Numbered from the stretch's first letter, positions 10,934-21,180 are shown. The stretch: DNA of 64,000 nt from an uncultured Ilumatobacter sp. (GCA_905182555.1 CAJJBX010000010.1:274-64273), one strand, 5' to 3'. Notes: generated by a model from the sequence alone, not told the origin. Program-made: numbers and translations.

Positions 10934-11377
10934 ATGGCGCGCCAGATCCTCGTCCTCAACGGACCGAACTTGAACCTGCTCGGCACACGCGAGCCCGACG
11001 TCTACGGCGCCGACACGCTCGACGACATCCTCGCCGAGTTGCGTGCCGGCGTTGCGGGTCGCGATGTCGAACTCCGCGATGCGCAGTCGAACAGCGAAGG
11101 CGAGCTCATTAACGCACTTCACGATGCGCGTACCTGGGCCGATGGTGTCGTGTTCAACCCGGGCGCCTACACCCACACGAGCATTGCGCTACGGGACGCT
11201 ATTTCGGCTTGCGAACTGCCGGTGGTCGAGACGCACCTGTCAAACGTGCACGCCCGCGAAGAGTTTCGCCACACCTCGATGCTCAGTGCTGTGTGCCTTG
11301 GTGTCGTCGGTGGGTTTGGCAAGCACAGCTACTCCATCGCGCTCGACGGCCTCCTCGCGCATCTCGACACCCTCTGA
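10934..11377 (+). CDS. aroQ: Type II 3-dehydroquinate dehydratase
   Basis: LNGPNLNLLGTREPDVYG, NPGAYTHTSIALRDA, HLSNVHAREEFRH. Confidence 0.96.
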   Translation: MARQILVLNGPNLNLLGTREPDVYGADTLDDILAELRAGVAGRDVELRDAQSNSEGELINALHDARTWADGVVFNPGAYTHTSIALRDAISACELPVVETHLSNVHAREEFRHTSMLSAVCLGVVGGFGKHSYSIALDGLLAHLDTL

Positions 11378-11424
11378 CGGATTTGAGCCCACCGTAAAGG
11401 ACCTGTCGCTGTCGCGGATCAGGC

Positions 11425-11730
11425 ATGATGGGCTCCATGTTTCGCCACGTTGTGATGTTCGCCTGGGCCGATGGCATTGATGAAGCCCATGTTGCGGCGA
11501 CAACTGCTGCTTTCGACGCGCTGCCCGGCAAGGTTGAGGTCATCGAGTCGTATGTCTATGGCCCGAACGTCGGCACCGTTGACGGCAACAGCGACTACGT
11601 GGTCGTGGCCGACTTCGCGTCCGCTGACGACTTTGCCACCTACCAAGATCACGCTGACCACATTGCCCTCGTGCAAGAGTTCATCGCCGGCAAGGTGAGC
11701 TCGCGCAACGCAATCCAATACGAAATCTGA
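11425..11730 (+). CDS. Dabb family (stress-responsive A/B barrel) protein
   Basis: FRHVVMF ... YQDHADH pattern. Confidence 0.85.
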   Translation: MMGSMFRHVVMFAWADGIDEAHVAATTAAFDALPGKVEVIESYVYGPNVGTVDGNSDYVVVADFASADDFATYQDHADHIALVQEFIAGKVSSRNAIQYEI

Positions 11731-11743
11731 CACAACCCACACG

Positions 11744-12170
11744 ATGAATACCGTGTTGCGAGATGCCGACGTCTTGGTCGCCGGGGGGGGGGATGCCATT
11801 GTGCTGTTTCTTGCGGTCAGGGCGGCTCAACGATTTATGCAGGTCGTCCTTGTTGGCCGCTCGGAAGTGTTCGACAATGACGTCCTGCCGCTGAGCACTG
11901 AAACACAGCGAATCTTCGGAGCCGAGAGTCTCGACGAAGCGCTGCGATCGTTCACGGAAGCAACAACTTGAGAGTTGCCTCAGCCAGGGTCGGGCGAGTC
12001 TGACTTCCGACATCGGTTCGATTCCGCACGGCCTGCTCGCTCGCTGGATTGGCATCGGGACACGGATCGTCATGCTCGGTGAATCGCTCGGCGAGGTCGT
12101 GGGAGCGCCTTGCGAGGGCATGGTGATCATTCGTCCGGACGGCGTGGTCGCAGCCGTGCCATTCGATTGT
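11744..12170 (+). pseudogene. Collapsed remnant of an FAD-dependent monooxygenase
   Basis: N-terminal DADVLVAGGG and C-terminal-type IIRPDGVVAA within about 430 bp, with a stop and frame change between. Confidence 0.45.
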
Positions 12171-12174
12171 GGCG

Positions 12175-12218
12175 CTTTGCATGGTGTCTTTGCATGGTGT
12201 CTTTGCATGGTGTCTTTG
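12175..12218. repeat. 13-bp tandem repeat (CTTTGCATGGTGT) x3.4
   Basis: Read directly. Confidence 0.9.
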
Positions 12219-12309
12219 AGCAGTTGCTCGGACGGTACGCCGACGGCGAACCAGTCGGCGCAGCACCCGGCTGACTGGCCAACGAGCTGGGCCTGGCAAC
12301 CTGCCAGGT

Positions 12310-13232
12310 ATGCCAGCGATTCACACGCTTCACCTCGACCGACCGATTCTCGAACTCGACGCCGCCTACGTCCAAGGTCGTGCGCACCTCGTCGGGCATA
12401 CCGATACGGAGCTGGTCGGCCAGGCGGCCTCGGTGATCGGCATTGGCCACCATTGGAACGCCGAGCGGTTCGCGAAGTTCCGCCGACCTCCGCGTGATCT
12501 CGCGCATGGGTATTGGGTACGACAACGTCGATCTCGATGCCGCACGGGCAGCCGGTGTCGTCGTGTGTAACGGTCCTGACTCGCCAACCGTGTCGACTGC
12601 CGAGCACGCCGTGATGTTGCTCCTCGCCGTCACCAAGGAGCTCCCGATCCAGCAAGCCCGAGCTGCAGAAGGGATAGGCGGCCCAGCGGTGGCGTCGTCG
12701 CTCGAGCTCGGCCTCGGGTTGCTCGGCCTCGTCGGGCTCGAACTCGTCCTCATAGTCTTCGAAGTCGTCCTCTTCCTCTCCGTATTCGTCGTCCGCCATC
12801 GCTACCGACCCGGGCATTGAACAGAGCCCGATTGACGACGTCGAACTTGTGGGGCTCGACGAGCTGTTTGCGACATCCCACGTGATCTCACTGCACGCCC
12901 CATCGACCCCGGCAACCCGGCACATGATCAACGCAGACTCGATTGCATCGATGCGTCGTGGCGTCTATCTGGTCAATTGCGCACGCGGCCCGCTCATCGA
13001 TCAGGACGCACTGGTGGCTGCCATCGACAGCGCGCACGTCGCTGGCGCCGCGCTCGACGTCACGGACCCCGAGCCGTTGCCGATCGGGCACCCGCTGCTC
13101 ACTCGGCCCAATGTGATCATCACGCCACACATTGCGTCGTCGACGGCGGTTGGCCGGCGGCGGCTGTTCGAGCATGCGATCGACAATGCTCTCGCGGTAC
13201 TCGACGGCCGCCCGGCCAGCGTCGTGACCTGA
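12310..13232 (+). CDS. D-isomer-specific 2-hydroxyacid dehydrogenase (SerA-like); frameshifted, with an aberrant internal segment
   Basis: ISRMGIGYDNVDL, TAEHAV, SLHAP, LVNCARG, ALDVTDPEP, TPHIAS across three ORF segments. Confidence 0.82.
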
Positions 13233-13258
13233 AGGCCGGGAGGCGCGATACTGCGCAC

Positions 13259-14041
13259 ATGGAAACACTCCGACAGCTCTGGAATGAAAGTGGAACGACG
13301 CTCGGAGGCTGGGTGTCGGTGCCCAGCAGCGTGACGGCCGAGGCCGTTGCGCGGGCTGGTTTCGACTACGTGTGCATCGATGCACAACACGGCGCTGTCG
13401 AGTATTCCGACTGCGTCTCGATGATCCAGGCCGTCCTGCTCGGCGGCGGGCGGCCGATCGTGCGAGTGCCGTGGAACGAGCCGGGGATCATCGGCAAGAT
13501 GCTCGATGCCGGCGCGCAGGGCGTCATCATCCCGATGGTCAATACGGTTGCCGAAGCAGAAGCCGCTGTCCGCGCGTGTAGGTACGCGCCGGAAGGCGCC
13601 CGTAGTAGCGGCCCGACTCTGGTCGGCCCACGCACTGATCGGCCGTACTTCGAGTGGGCAAAGGATAACGTCGCATGTATCCCGATGATCGAGACGATCG
13701 AAGCGGTTGGCAACCTCGGCGACATCCTCGCGGTGCCTGGTATTGACGCGGTGTACGTCGGCCCATCTGACCTGTCGATCACACTCGGCCTCGGTCCGGG
13801 AAACCACGACGAGGCACCTGAATTCCTCGAAGCGCTCGACGCGATCGCTGCAGGCTGCGAAGCGCACGGCATCGTCGCTGGCATCCATGCAACCGGTGCG
13901 CTGACTCCTGATCGGCTCGAACGTGGCTACCGGATGATCACCGTCACCGGTGATCTCCAGGCAATGAAGCTCGGGATGGCGAGCGAGCTCGACCGTGCAC
14001 GCGGCAACGACGTCGACGGATCCAGCGGCTCGATGTACTGA
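13259..14041 (+). CDS. HpcH/HpaI aldolase family protein
   Basis: DAQHG, VRVPWN, LDAGAQGVIIPMV, MIET, VGPSDLS. Confidence 0.92.
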   Translation: METLRQLWNESGTTLGGWVSVPSSVTAEAVARAGFDYVCIDAQHGAVEYSDCVSMIQAVLLGGGRPIVRVPWNEPGIIGKMLDAGAQGVIIPMVNTVAEAEAAVRACRYAPEGARSSGPTLVGPRTDRPYFEWAKDNVACIPMIETIEAVGNLGDILAVPGIDAVYVGPSDLSITLGLGPGNHDEAPEFLEALDAIAAGCEAHGIVAGIHATGALTPDRLERGYRMITVTGDLQAMKLGMASELDRARGNDVDGSSGSMY

Positions 14042-14094
14042 ATCCTTCAGACCTCAGGCGTGCAAATCGCGCGCCGGTCGGGGAGACTGTTGCG

Positions 14095-14622
14095 ATGACA
14101 ATGAAATCACCGCACTTTGGGTCGGCGCATGACGGTGCCCACCCCGATCGCGTCGACGAGTGGGCAGCGATGCGCCAGAAACATCTCCTTGCGGCGGCTG
14201 ATCGACCGGCGTCGTCAGCGCGCGGTGTGCATCATCAGGCGCTCATCTCGAGCAACGTCGAGCGAACAATCGACTTCTACCAGGGGCTCCTGGAGTTTCC
14301 GCTGACGGAACTCTTCGAAAACCGTGACTATGCGGGATCGACTCACTTCTTCTTCGACATCGGCAACAGCAACGCTTTGGCCTTCTTTGACTTCCCGGGT
14401 CTCGGCCTTAATGAGTACGCCGAGGTGCTCGGCGGACACCACCACCTCGCCATCTCGGTGCCGCCGGACAACTGGGATCGATTGAAGGGCAAGCTCGAAG
14501 CTGCTGGCGTCGAGACCTTCATCGTGGGTGGCAGTTCGCTGTATTGCTCTGGACCCGATGGCGAGCGGATCGAGCTGATCAACGAGCCGCTCGGCGAAAT
14601 GGACGGCCTGGCAGTCATCTAG
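14095..14622 (+). CDS. VOC/glyoxalase family protein
   Basis: GVHHQAL, HHLAI, GPDGERIEL. Confidence 0.88.
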   Translation: MTMKSPHFGSAHDGAHPDRVDEWAAMRQKHLLAAADRPASSARGVHHQALISSNVERTIDFYQGLLEFPLTELFENRDYAGSTHFFFDIGNSNALAFFDFPGLGLNEYAEVLGGHHHLAISVPPDNWDRLKGKLEAAGVETFIVGGSSLYCSGPDGERIELINEPLGEMDGLAVI

Positions 14623-14650
14623 CGCGCTCAGGTCAGACCAAAGTGCGACA
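14620..14650. repeat. Degenerate REP-like palindrome (copy 1)
   Basis: GGTCAGACCAAAGTGCGACA matches the 14952 palindrome. Confidence 0.65.
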
Positions 14651-14904
14651 TCAGCTTGATCGGCGAGAAACTGTATGAACTCTGACAGCTCCCTGTTTGA
14701 GTCTCGAATCAAGAAGTGAAAGTGGTTGCTCATCGAGGCATACGCGTGGATTCCGACGTCGCACACCTCGACGGTTTCGCCGATCAAGTTCTCGAACAAT
14801 GACTGGTCGCTATCGAGACTGAAGATGTTCTGCCCATCGGCTCCGCGGTTGTACATGTGGTGCCAAGTGGTCTCGTCGAGGTACCTCGTTCGCCCGCTGT
14901 TCAT
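14651..14904 (-). mobile_element. Truncated REP-associated tyrosine transposase (RAYT, Y1 HUH)
   Basis: WHHMYNRGADGQNIF ... IHAYASMSNHFHFLI (HUH); C-terminal catalytic Tyr region missing. Confidence 0.8.
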
Positions 14905-14951
14905 GCAGCCACGAATACGGCCAGCACCTCGCCAACGGCACCAGCTGAAAC

Positions 14952-14984
14952 CTGTCACGCTTTGGTCAGACCAGAGTGTGACAG
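14952..14984. repeat. REP-like palindrome (copy 2): CTGTCACGCTTTGGTC-A-GACCAGAGTGTGACAG
   Basis: 16-bp arms with 2 G-T mismatches, just upstream of the RAYT start. Confidence 0.8.
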
Positions 14985-15833
14985 TTACGGGCGGTCGGTG
15001 GTGTTGCGGGCGACGTCGACAGTGGTGACCCAGAGCTTGCCGGTGGCGGTGCCCGTTGCTTTCGAGGGGTGCGAGTCCTCGCAAGTCAGCGCGAACAACT
15101 GGTTGCCATCGTCGCCGCCAAGCATGCAGGCATAGGTGTTGTCGTCAGTCGTCAGCTGATGTGTGATCTCACCACCCTCGAGGACACGTACAACTTGTTT
15201 GCCGAGTGCATCGGAGTACCAAATGCCGCCCTCGGCATCGACTGTGCACCCGTCGGGTGCTGTGCCCTCGACCTTCGCCCAGATACGCCGGTTGGTCAAC
15301 GTGGCGTCATTGTTAATGTCCCACGCTGTGTACTGACCACCAAACGACTCGCCGACGATAAGTGTCTTTCCATCATCGACAATAACCGAGCCGTTCGGGA
15401 ACATGAGATCGGTGGCGGCGATTTCGATGGAGCCGTCGGCTCGCACGATCGCCAACGAAGCCATCGCGAACTCGTCGCCAGCTTCCATGTCGAAGCCAAA
15501 GTTGCCGACGTAGGCGTTGCCTGCAGCGTCCATGACCATGTCGTTGCAATGGCCGTTGGCAACGCCGCCCAGGTCGGCGTACTCGACGACGGAACCATCT
15601 GGTTCGATACACATCAGCTTGCGGTCAGCCATCGAGACGAACACCAATCGCCCGTCGGGCAGCCAGTCGAGCCCCGATGGTCTGCCGTCGTATTCGACCT
15701 CGACCTTCCGAACCCCGTCGACGCCGACCGTGGAGATCGTTCGCTGGTAGAAGTCGCTGAACCAGAACTTGCCGTCATGCCAACGTGGCCCTTCGCCGAA
15801 GTCGATGCCGTCGATTACTAGTTCCCAGGTCAT
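14985..15833 (-). CDS. SMP-30/gluconolactonase/LRE family protein
   Basis: FGEGPRW, CNDM, FPNG, PDGCTVDAEG. Confidence 0.92.
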   Translation of the reverse strand: MTWELVIDGIDFGEGPRWHDGKFWFSDFYQRTISTVGVDGVRKVEVEYDGRPSGLDWLPDGRLVFVSMADRKLMCIEPDGSVVEYADLGGVANGHCNDMVMDAAGNAYVGNFGFDMEAGDEFAMASLAIVRADGSIEIAATDLMFPNGSVIVDDGKTLIVGESFGGQYTAWDINNDATLTNRRIWAKVEGTAPDGCTVDAEGGIWYSDALGKQVVRVLEGGEITHQLTTDDNTYACMLGGDDGNQLFALTCEDSHPSKATGTATGKLWVTTVDVARNTTDRP

Positions 15834-15869
15834 ACACCCAACAGTACTTTGCTCCCTGGAATCGATCGG

Positions 15870-16040
15870 CGGCTAGAAGTCGGCGGCGTTGACGTGCGGC
15901 GTACTCGGTGGCGTGATCGCCATACCAGATCGCCCCAGCCCGACAGCGAACACAATGGCATGGCAGCACGTTACGAAATGGACCCATGACGTGGAAGCGG
16001 ACCCCACCGCACATGCAACTGCCGTTCGTTACTACAGCAT
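15870..16040 (-). pseudogene. Remnant of a GFA (CENP-V-like) protein
   Basis: GSCMCGGVRF...CHCVRCR N-terminal Zn motif only. Confidence 0.55.
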
Positions 16041-16090
16041 CGGCGGTCCCGGTCGTCGGTGCAGTCTGACACTGCCGTAGGGTCCGCTCC

Positions 16091-16999
16091 ATGAAAATCG
16101 GCATCAACGGCTCCGGCCGCCTCGCATCACCCGACCTCGACGCGATTGTCGCTGATATCGAACAGAGCGAAGCCGATGGGTATGGCAGCTATTGGCTCGC
16201 GCAGACAGCGCTCGCCGACTCGATCGCGATGCTCGGGATCGCTGGCCGGACGACATCGAAAATCGAACTTGGTACGGCCGTCGTGCCGACCTGGACACGT
16301 CATCCCGAGGTGATGGCTGCCGGCGCGCTGACCGCGCAGGCGGCGTCTACAGGCCGCCTTGTGCTGGGCATCGGGCTCGCTCACCAGACGACGGTCGAAG
16401 ACCGATGGGGAATGGCCTGGGAACGCCCGGTCAAGCACATGTCTGAGTACCTCGCGATCCTCGACTCGCTATTGAACACCGGTACCGCCTCGCTCAAGGG
16501 CGAGGTCTGGTCACTCAACCAGCAAGCAGCATTGATGACCGACACGCCGCCCAAGATCATGATCGCCGCGCTTGGCGAGCAGATGCTCAAAATCGCAGGC
16601 AAGCGGACCGACGGAACGATCCTCTGGTGCGTTGGACCCAAGACGCTCGAAGCACAGATCGTCCCGGTCATCAACGACGCCGCCGACAGCGCCGGTCGTC
16701 CTACTCCTCGTGTCGTGTGCAGCCTTCCCGTCTGCGTCACCGACAACCCGCAGCCGACGCGCGATTTCGTCGGTCAGATGCTCGCCGGTTACGCCGAGTT
16801 GCCGTCCTACCGGGCCATGCTCGATATCGAAGGTGTGCACGGCGTCGAAGAGATCTCGCTGATCGGTGACGAGGCAACGGTCAACGCCGGCCTCGACGCA
16901 ATCGCAGCCGCGGGCGCCACCGACTTCACCGCCGTGGTCATCCCCGACAGCGATGGCCCGGCACGCACGCTGAACCTCCTGCAGGCCCGCACCCATTGA
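16091..16999 (+). CDS. LLM class (probably F420-dependent) oxidoreductase
   Basis: IELGTAVVP, RHP, LGIGLAH, AALGEQML, YAELPSYRAML. Confidence 0.88.
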   Translation: MKIGINGSGRLASPDLDAIVADIEQSEADGYGSYWLAQTALADSIAMLGIAGRTTSKIELGTAVVPTWTRHPEVMAAGALTAQAASTGRLVLGIGLAHQTTVEDRWGMAWERPVKHMSEYLAILDSLLNTGTASLKGEVWSLNQQAALMTDTPPKIMIAALGEQMLKIAGKRTDGTILWCVGPKTLEAQIVPVINDAADSAGRPTPRVVCSLPVCVTDNPQPTRDFVGQMLAGYAELPSYRAMLDIEGVHGVEEISLIGDEATVNAGLDAIAAAGATDFTAVVIPDSDGPARTLNLLQARTH

Positions 17000-17004
17000 T
17001 CGTC

Positions 17005-17035
17005 CTGTCACACTTTGGTCTGACCGGAGCGTGAC
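17005..17035. repeat. REP-like palindrome (copy 3) between convergent LLM genes
   Basis: CTGTCACACTTTGGTC-T-GACCGGAGCGTGAC. Confidence 0.8.
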
Positions 17036-17054
17036 GCGCGAAGTACGGAGAGGG

Positions 17055-17912
17055 TCAGGCGTCGCGCATGGCGTCGACGAACGGGGCAAACCGTTCGAGA
17101 TCGGCCATGACGTCGTCGCGCGGGCCCTGCGACAGCACGAACACCGCACGCTTGAGGCCCTGCTCAGCCAGCGCGGTGAGCTTTTCTTCGCTGTCGGGCA
17201 CGCCGAACATGCCGAGTTCGATCTCGGCAGGGTTGCGGCCGATGTCCTCACATGCCTTGACAACGTTGTCCCAACCGTCGAGGCCGTGACGTCCGCCGAT
17301 CGGCATCCAGCCATCGCAGAACTCAGCGATGTGGGCAGCAGTTTTTGGGCCAGCAGCGCCTCCGAGGATGACGGGCGGACCGGGCTTCTGTGTGGGCTTG
17401 GGCCACGCCCAGCTTGATTCGATCTTCACCTTGTCGCCGTCGAACGATGCTTCGTCCTGGGTCCACAGCGCCTTCATTGCCAAGATGTTCTCACGCAGTA
17501 ATTCGCGACGCTCGCCGTAAGCGGTGCCGTGCTGCGCCATTTCTTCCTTGTTCCAGCCATACCCGATGCCAAACAGCATGCGGCCGTCAGACAACGAGTC
17601 AACGCTGGCCACTTCCTTGGCCGTATGGATCGGATCGCGCTGGGATACCAAGCAGATGCCGGTGCCGAGCTTGATGGTGCTGGTGACCGACGCGCACGCG
17701 CCAAGGGTCACGAACGGGTCGTGTGTTCGCCAGTAGAACTCGGGCAGCGGGGGAGCGCCCTCGCGGCCGCCCCAGGGTGTTGCCCGGCTGGTTGGAATGT
17801 GCGAGTGCTCCGGGAACCAGAGCGACTCAAAGCCGTGTGCCTCGGCCTCTTTAGCCAGTTCGACGGGGTTGATCGTCTGGTCGGTCGGAAAGATGGTGAC
17901 GCCGATGTCCAT
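17055..17912 (-). CDS. LLM class F420-dependent oxidoreductase (Rv2161c-like)
   Basis: [32 protein letters not shown]. Confidence 0.9.
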   Translation of the reverse strand: MDIGVTIFPTDQTINPVELAKEAEAHGFESLWFPEHSHIPTSRATPWGGREGAPPLPEFYWRTHDPFVTLGACASVTSTIKLGTGICLVSQRDPIHTAKEVASVDSLSDGRMLFGIGYGWNKEEMAQHGTAYGERRELLRENILAMKALWTQDEASFDGDKVKIESSWAWPKPTQKPGPPVILGGAAGPKTAAHIAEFCDGWMPIGGRHGLDGWDNVVKACEDIGRNPAEIELGMFGVPDSEEKLTALAEQGLKRAVFVLSQGPRDDVMADLERFAPFVDAMRDA

Positions 17913-18020
17913 AGGCGTCACGTTAGTGCGCCCGACAAACTCGTTCGCCGTCGGGGGAATTTCACTCTTCGTTCTCCGGTCGGCGGATTAATTGCGAGTC
18001 GTTTGCGGTTGGGTAGATGC

Positions 18021-19303
18021 ATGGCAACGAACATCGATGCAGTCGCCGACCGATTCGCAAAGGTCCGGGCGCGTACCGAACGGCTGGCGGCCCCGCTGTC
18101 GGCCGAAGATCAAGTCGTGCAGTCGATGCCCGACACCAGCCCGCCTAAGTGGCACCTCGCGCACACCACGTGGTTCTTCGAGACCTTTGTTTTGGCGCCG
18201 ACGGCACAAGCGGCCGCGTGTGGGATCGGCCCGAGTACCGCTTTCTCTACAACAGCTACTACGAGGCAGTCGGCGCGCGCCACCCACGACCGCAACGTGG
18301 CCTCGTTACTCGCCCTTCCGTTGCTGAGGTTGCCGATTATCGCAATCATGTCGACAAGGAAATGCTCGAGCTGATGGCCGGTGGCCTCGATACCGCAATC
18401 GCCGAGGTCGTCGAACTCGGCACGCATCACGAAGAGCAGCATCAAGAGCTCCTGCTGATGGACATTAAGCACGTCCTCTCGATGAATCCTGCCGTTGGAC
18501 CGGCCTACGCCGATCGCCCGCATGCGCCTGCTGTTGACCCTGGGCCCAGCAACTGGGTCGACTTCGCCGGCGGTCTCGCCGACATCGGTGTCGATCACGA
18601 GGCCGACGGCTTCTCGTTCGACAGCGAAGGCCCGAGCCACCAGGTGCTGCTGTACCCGTACGCCCTGGCCGATCGGCTCGTGACCGCAGGGGAGTGGATC
18701 GACTTCATCTCCGATGGCGGTTACCAACGACCTGAGCTGTGGAAGTCCGACGGCTGGTACCGCGCGCAATCCGAAGGGTGGACGGCTCCCGAATATTGGC
18801 GGCCGGACCCGGATCAGCCTGACGCTTGGTGGGTCCACACGCTGACCGGTTTACGGTCGGTCGATCTGCATGAACCCGTTGTTCATGTCTCGCACTACGA
18901 AGCCGACGCGTTCGCTACGTGGTCGGGCGCTCGCCTGCCCACCGAGTTCGAGTGGGAAGCTGCTGCTGCCGATTATGCGGTCGTCGGCAACGTCCTCGAT
19001 GAGCAACGCGACGACTTCACCTTTCACCCGGCAGCTGCCGGGCCGGCCGCAGGTCGACTCCGCCAACTCTTCGGCGACTGCTGGGAATGGACATCGTCGG
19101 CGTACCAGCCCTACCCCGGCTTCTCGATTGCCGACGGTGCGATCGGGGAATACAACGGCAAGTTCATGTCCGGCCAGCAGGTGCTGCGCGGCGGATGTGT
19201 GTTCACGCCGCCCGGCCACACCAGGTCGACTTACCGCAACTTCTTCCACCCGCACACTCGCTGGCATGCGTCAGGCGTCCGGCTGGCCACGGATCGCCAG
19301 TGA
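18021..19303 (+). CDS. egtB: Ergothioneine sulfoxide synthase EgtB; frameshift near 18215
   Basis: [50 protein letters not shown]. Confidence 0.92.
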
Positions 19304-20316
19304 GTGAGACAACAGTGGGCAGTCAGGAATCTTTTATGAATCAACCCTTCGAGACCGCGATCTTCGACAACGGATCAATCGATAGTCGAGTCGATCCCCA
19401 AACGGAACTCTTCCGCGCGCTGCGAAGCCATCCACGAACGGTGCCCCCCCGCTGGCTGTACGACGATCGAGGAAGCGAGCTGTACAGCCAGATCACGCGG
19501 CTGCCCGAGTACTACCAGACCGAGGCCGAACGCTCGATCCTCGAGGCGAACGCCGCAACGATCGCTGAGATCACGGGCGCCACCACGGTGATCGAACTTG
19601 GGTCAGGCACGAGTGACAAGACACGAACGTTGCTCGATGCGTTCGTTGCGCACGGTTCGATCAACCGGTTCGCTCCACTCGATGTGAGTGAAACCACACT
19701 GATCGAGGCTGCGGCAATGCTCGGCCGGCGTTACCCGGACCTCGAAGTTGCACCCGTTGTTGGCGACTTCAATCGGCACCTCCATCGGTTGCCGAGCGGC
19801 GGGACAAGGTTGGTCGCGTTCCTCGGCGGCACGATCGGCAACTTCTATCAAGAGGAGCGACGCGCCTTTCTCGGTGTGCTCTCTGATGTACTCGAACCGG
19901 GTGATTGGCTGTTGCTTGGCGTCGACCTGGTGAAGCCGATCGACCGCCTCGTCGCGGCATATAACGACAGCCAAGGTGTCACCGATGCGTTCATCCGCAA
20001 TGCGCTGACCGTGATCAACCGCGAACTCGATGGCAATATCGACGTCGGCAACTTCGAGTACGTGCCGTTCTGGGACGGTCGCGAGGAACGCATCGACATG
20101 CGGCTCCGCGCCTGCGAACCCGAGCATGCTCGAATTGAGGCGCTCGACCTCGACCTCGACTTGGAAGCCGGCGAAGAGCTGCGCATCGAGGTCTCGACCA
20201 AGTTCCGCCAAGACAAGTTGCTCACCGAGCTGACCGAAATCGGTTTCGCCGATGGCGAGTTCTTTACCGATGCTGCCGGGGATTTCGGCCTCGCCCTCGT
20301 TTGTCGTCAAGCGTAG
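19300..20316 (+). CDS. egtD: L-histidine N-alpha-trimethyltransferase EgtD
   Basis: PPRWLYDDRGS, LPEYY, ELGSGTSDKT, FLGGTIGN, GVDLVK, EVSTKF; GTGA overlap with egtB. Confidence 0.94.
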   Translation: MSETTVGSQESFMNQPFETAIFDNGSIDSRVDPQTELFRALRSHPRTVPPRWLYDDRGSELYSQITRLPEYYQTEAERSILEANAATIAEITGATTVIELGSGTSDKTRTLLDAFVAHGSINRFAPLDVSETTLIEAAAMLGRRYPDLEVAPVVGDFNRHLHRLPSGGTRLVAFLGGTIGNFYQEERRAFLGVLSDVLEPGDWLLLGVDLVKPIDRLVAAYNDSQGVTDAFIRNALTVINRELDGNIDVGNFEYVPFWDGREERIDMRLRACEPEHARIEALDLDLDLEAGEELRIEVSTKFRQDKLLTELTEIGFADGEFFTDAAGDFGLALVCRQA

Positions 20317-20319
20317 AAC

Positions 20320-21180
20320 TCAGGCCGGCACCTGGCCATCGAGCCATTCGGTGATGCCAGCGACGACTTCGGGCCACTCAGGCTCGTTCATGCACTCGTG
20401 GCGGAGGCCAGCCCACAACTTGCGCGTGACGTTCGCAAGTTCGCCGATTGGCTCTGATGCCGACGGCGGGACCAGGGTGTCGGCTTCGCCGTGCAGGATG
20501 TAGGTGGGCACTGTGATCTTTGCGATGACTGGCGAGGTGGCCTTCATTGCGTCGAGGATCTGGCGGCCGAGCCCTGCAGTCGAGCCGCCGACCCGGAGCG
20601 GGTCGTTGTCGTAGCGTTGTTGGACGTCGACGTCGCGTGACAGGACCGACCCGTCGAAGTCTGATTTCACGTGGAGCTTCGGGGCCACACGGCTCAGTAC
20701 GGGTGCAACCACCCGCTGCCACAGCGGAATCTTGGCACTGAGTGCCGGAGCGCTCAGCACGGCAAGATCGGGCTGGGGATGATCGCTCACCAGGTATGTC
20801 CCAGAGACGAGGCCGCCGAGCGAGTGTCCCATCAGGACGACGGGAACCCCAAGTGCGCGCCGCTCGGCGAGCAGGTCGGCAACGTCGTTGACGTACTCGC
20901 TGAAGTCGTTGACGAATGCGCGACGGCCGCCGGACTTGCCGAAACCCCGCTGGTCGAAACCGAGCGTGTCGTAGCCCGCAGCAGCGAGTGCCTCGCCCAC
21001 GTGTTCGTAGCGGCCGGAGTGTTCGCCGATGCCGTGCACAAGCAGGATTGCTGCTTTCGGCATGTCGACAGCCCAGTGCCTCCGGAGCTGCTCAAGCCCA
21101 TCGCGTGTCGTACCAAAGCTGATTGTCGCTGTGCTCACGGCGGTTGAAGCTACAGGGACGGTCCGCCGCTCGAAAATCAC
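20320..21180 (-). CDS. Lysophospholipase/monoacylglycerol lipase-like alpha/beta hydrolase
   Basis: HGIGEHSGRY, GHSLGG, HGEAD, RHE. Confidence 0.9.
   Translation of the reverse strand: MIFERRTVPVASTAVSTATISFGTTRDGLEQLRRHWAVDMPKAAILLVHGIGEHSGRYEHVGEALAAAGYDTLGFDQRGFGKSGGRRAFVNDFSEYVNDVADLLAERRALGVPVVLMGHSLGGLVSGTYLVSDHPQPDLAVLSAPALSAKIPLWQRVVAPVLSRVAPKLHVKSDFDGSVLSRDVDVQQRYDNDPLRVGGSTAGLGRQILDAMKATSPVIAKITVPTYILHGEADTLVPPSASEPIGELANVTRKLWAGLRHECMNEPEWPEVVAGITEWLDGQVPA

Noticed and set aside
11681-12931. 416-aa minus-strand ORF with an acidic stretch
   Set aside because: Only about 30 codons look coding; the rest is antisense to the dehydrogenase and the relic. Treated as a patch instead.
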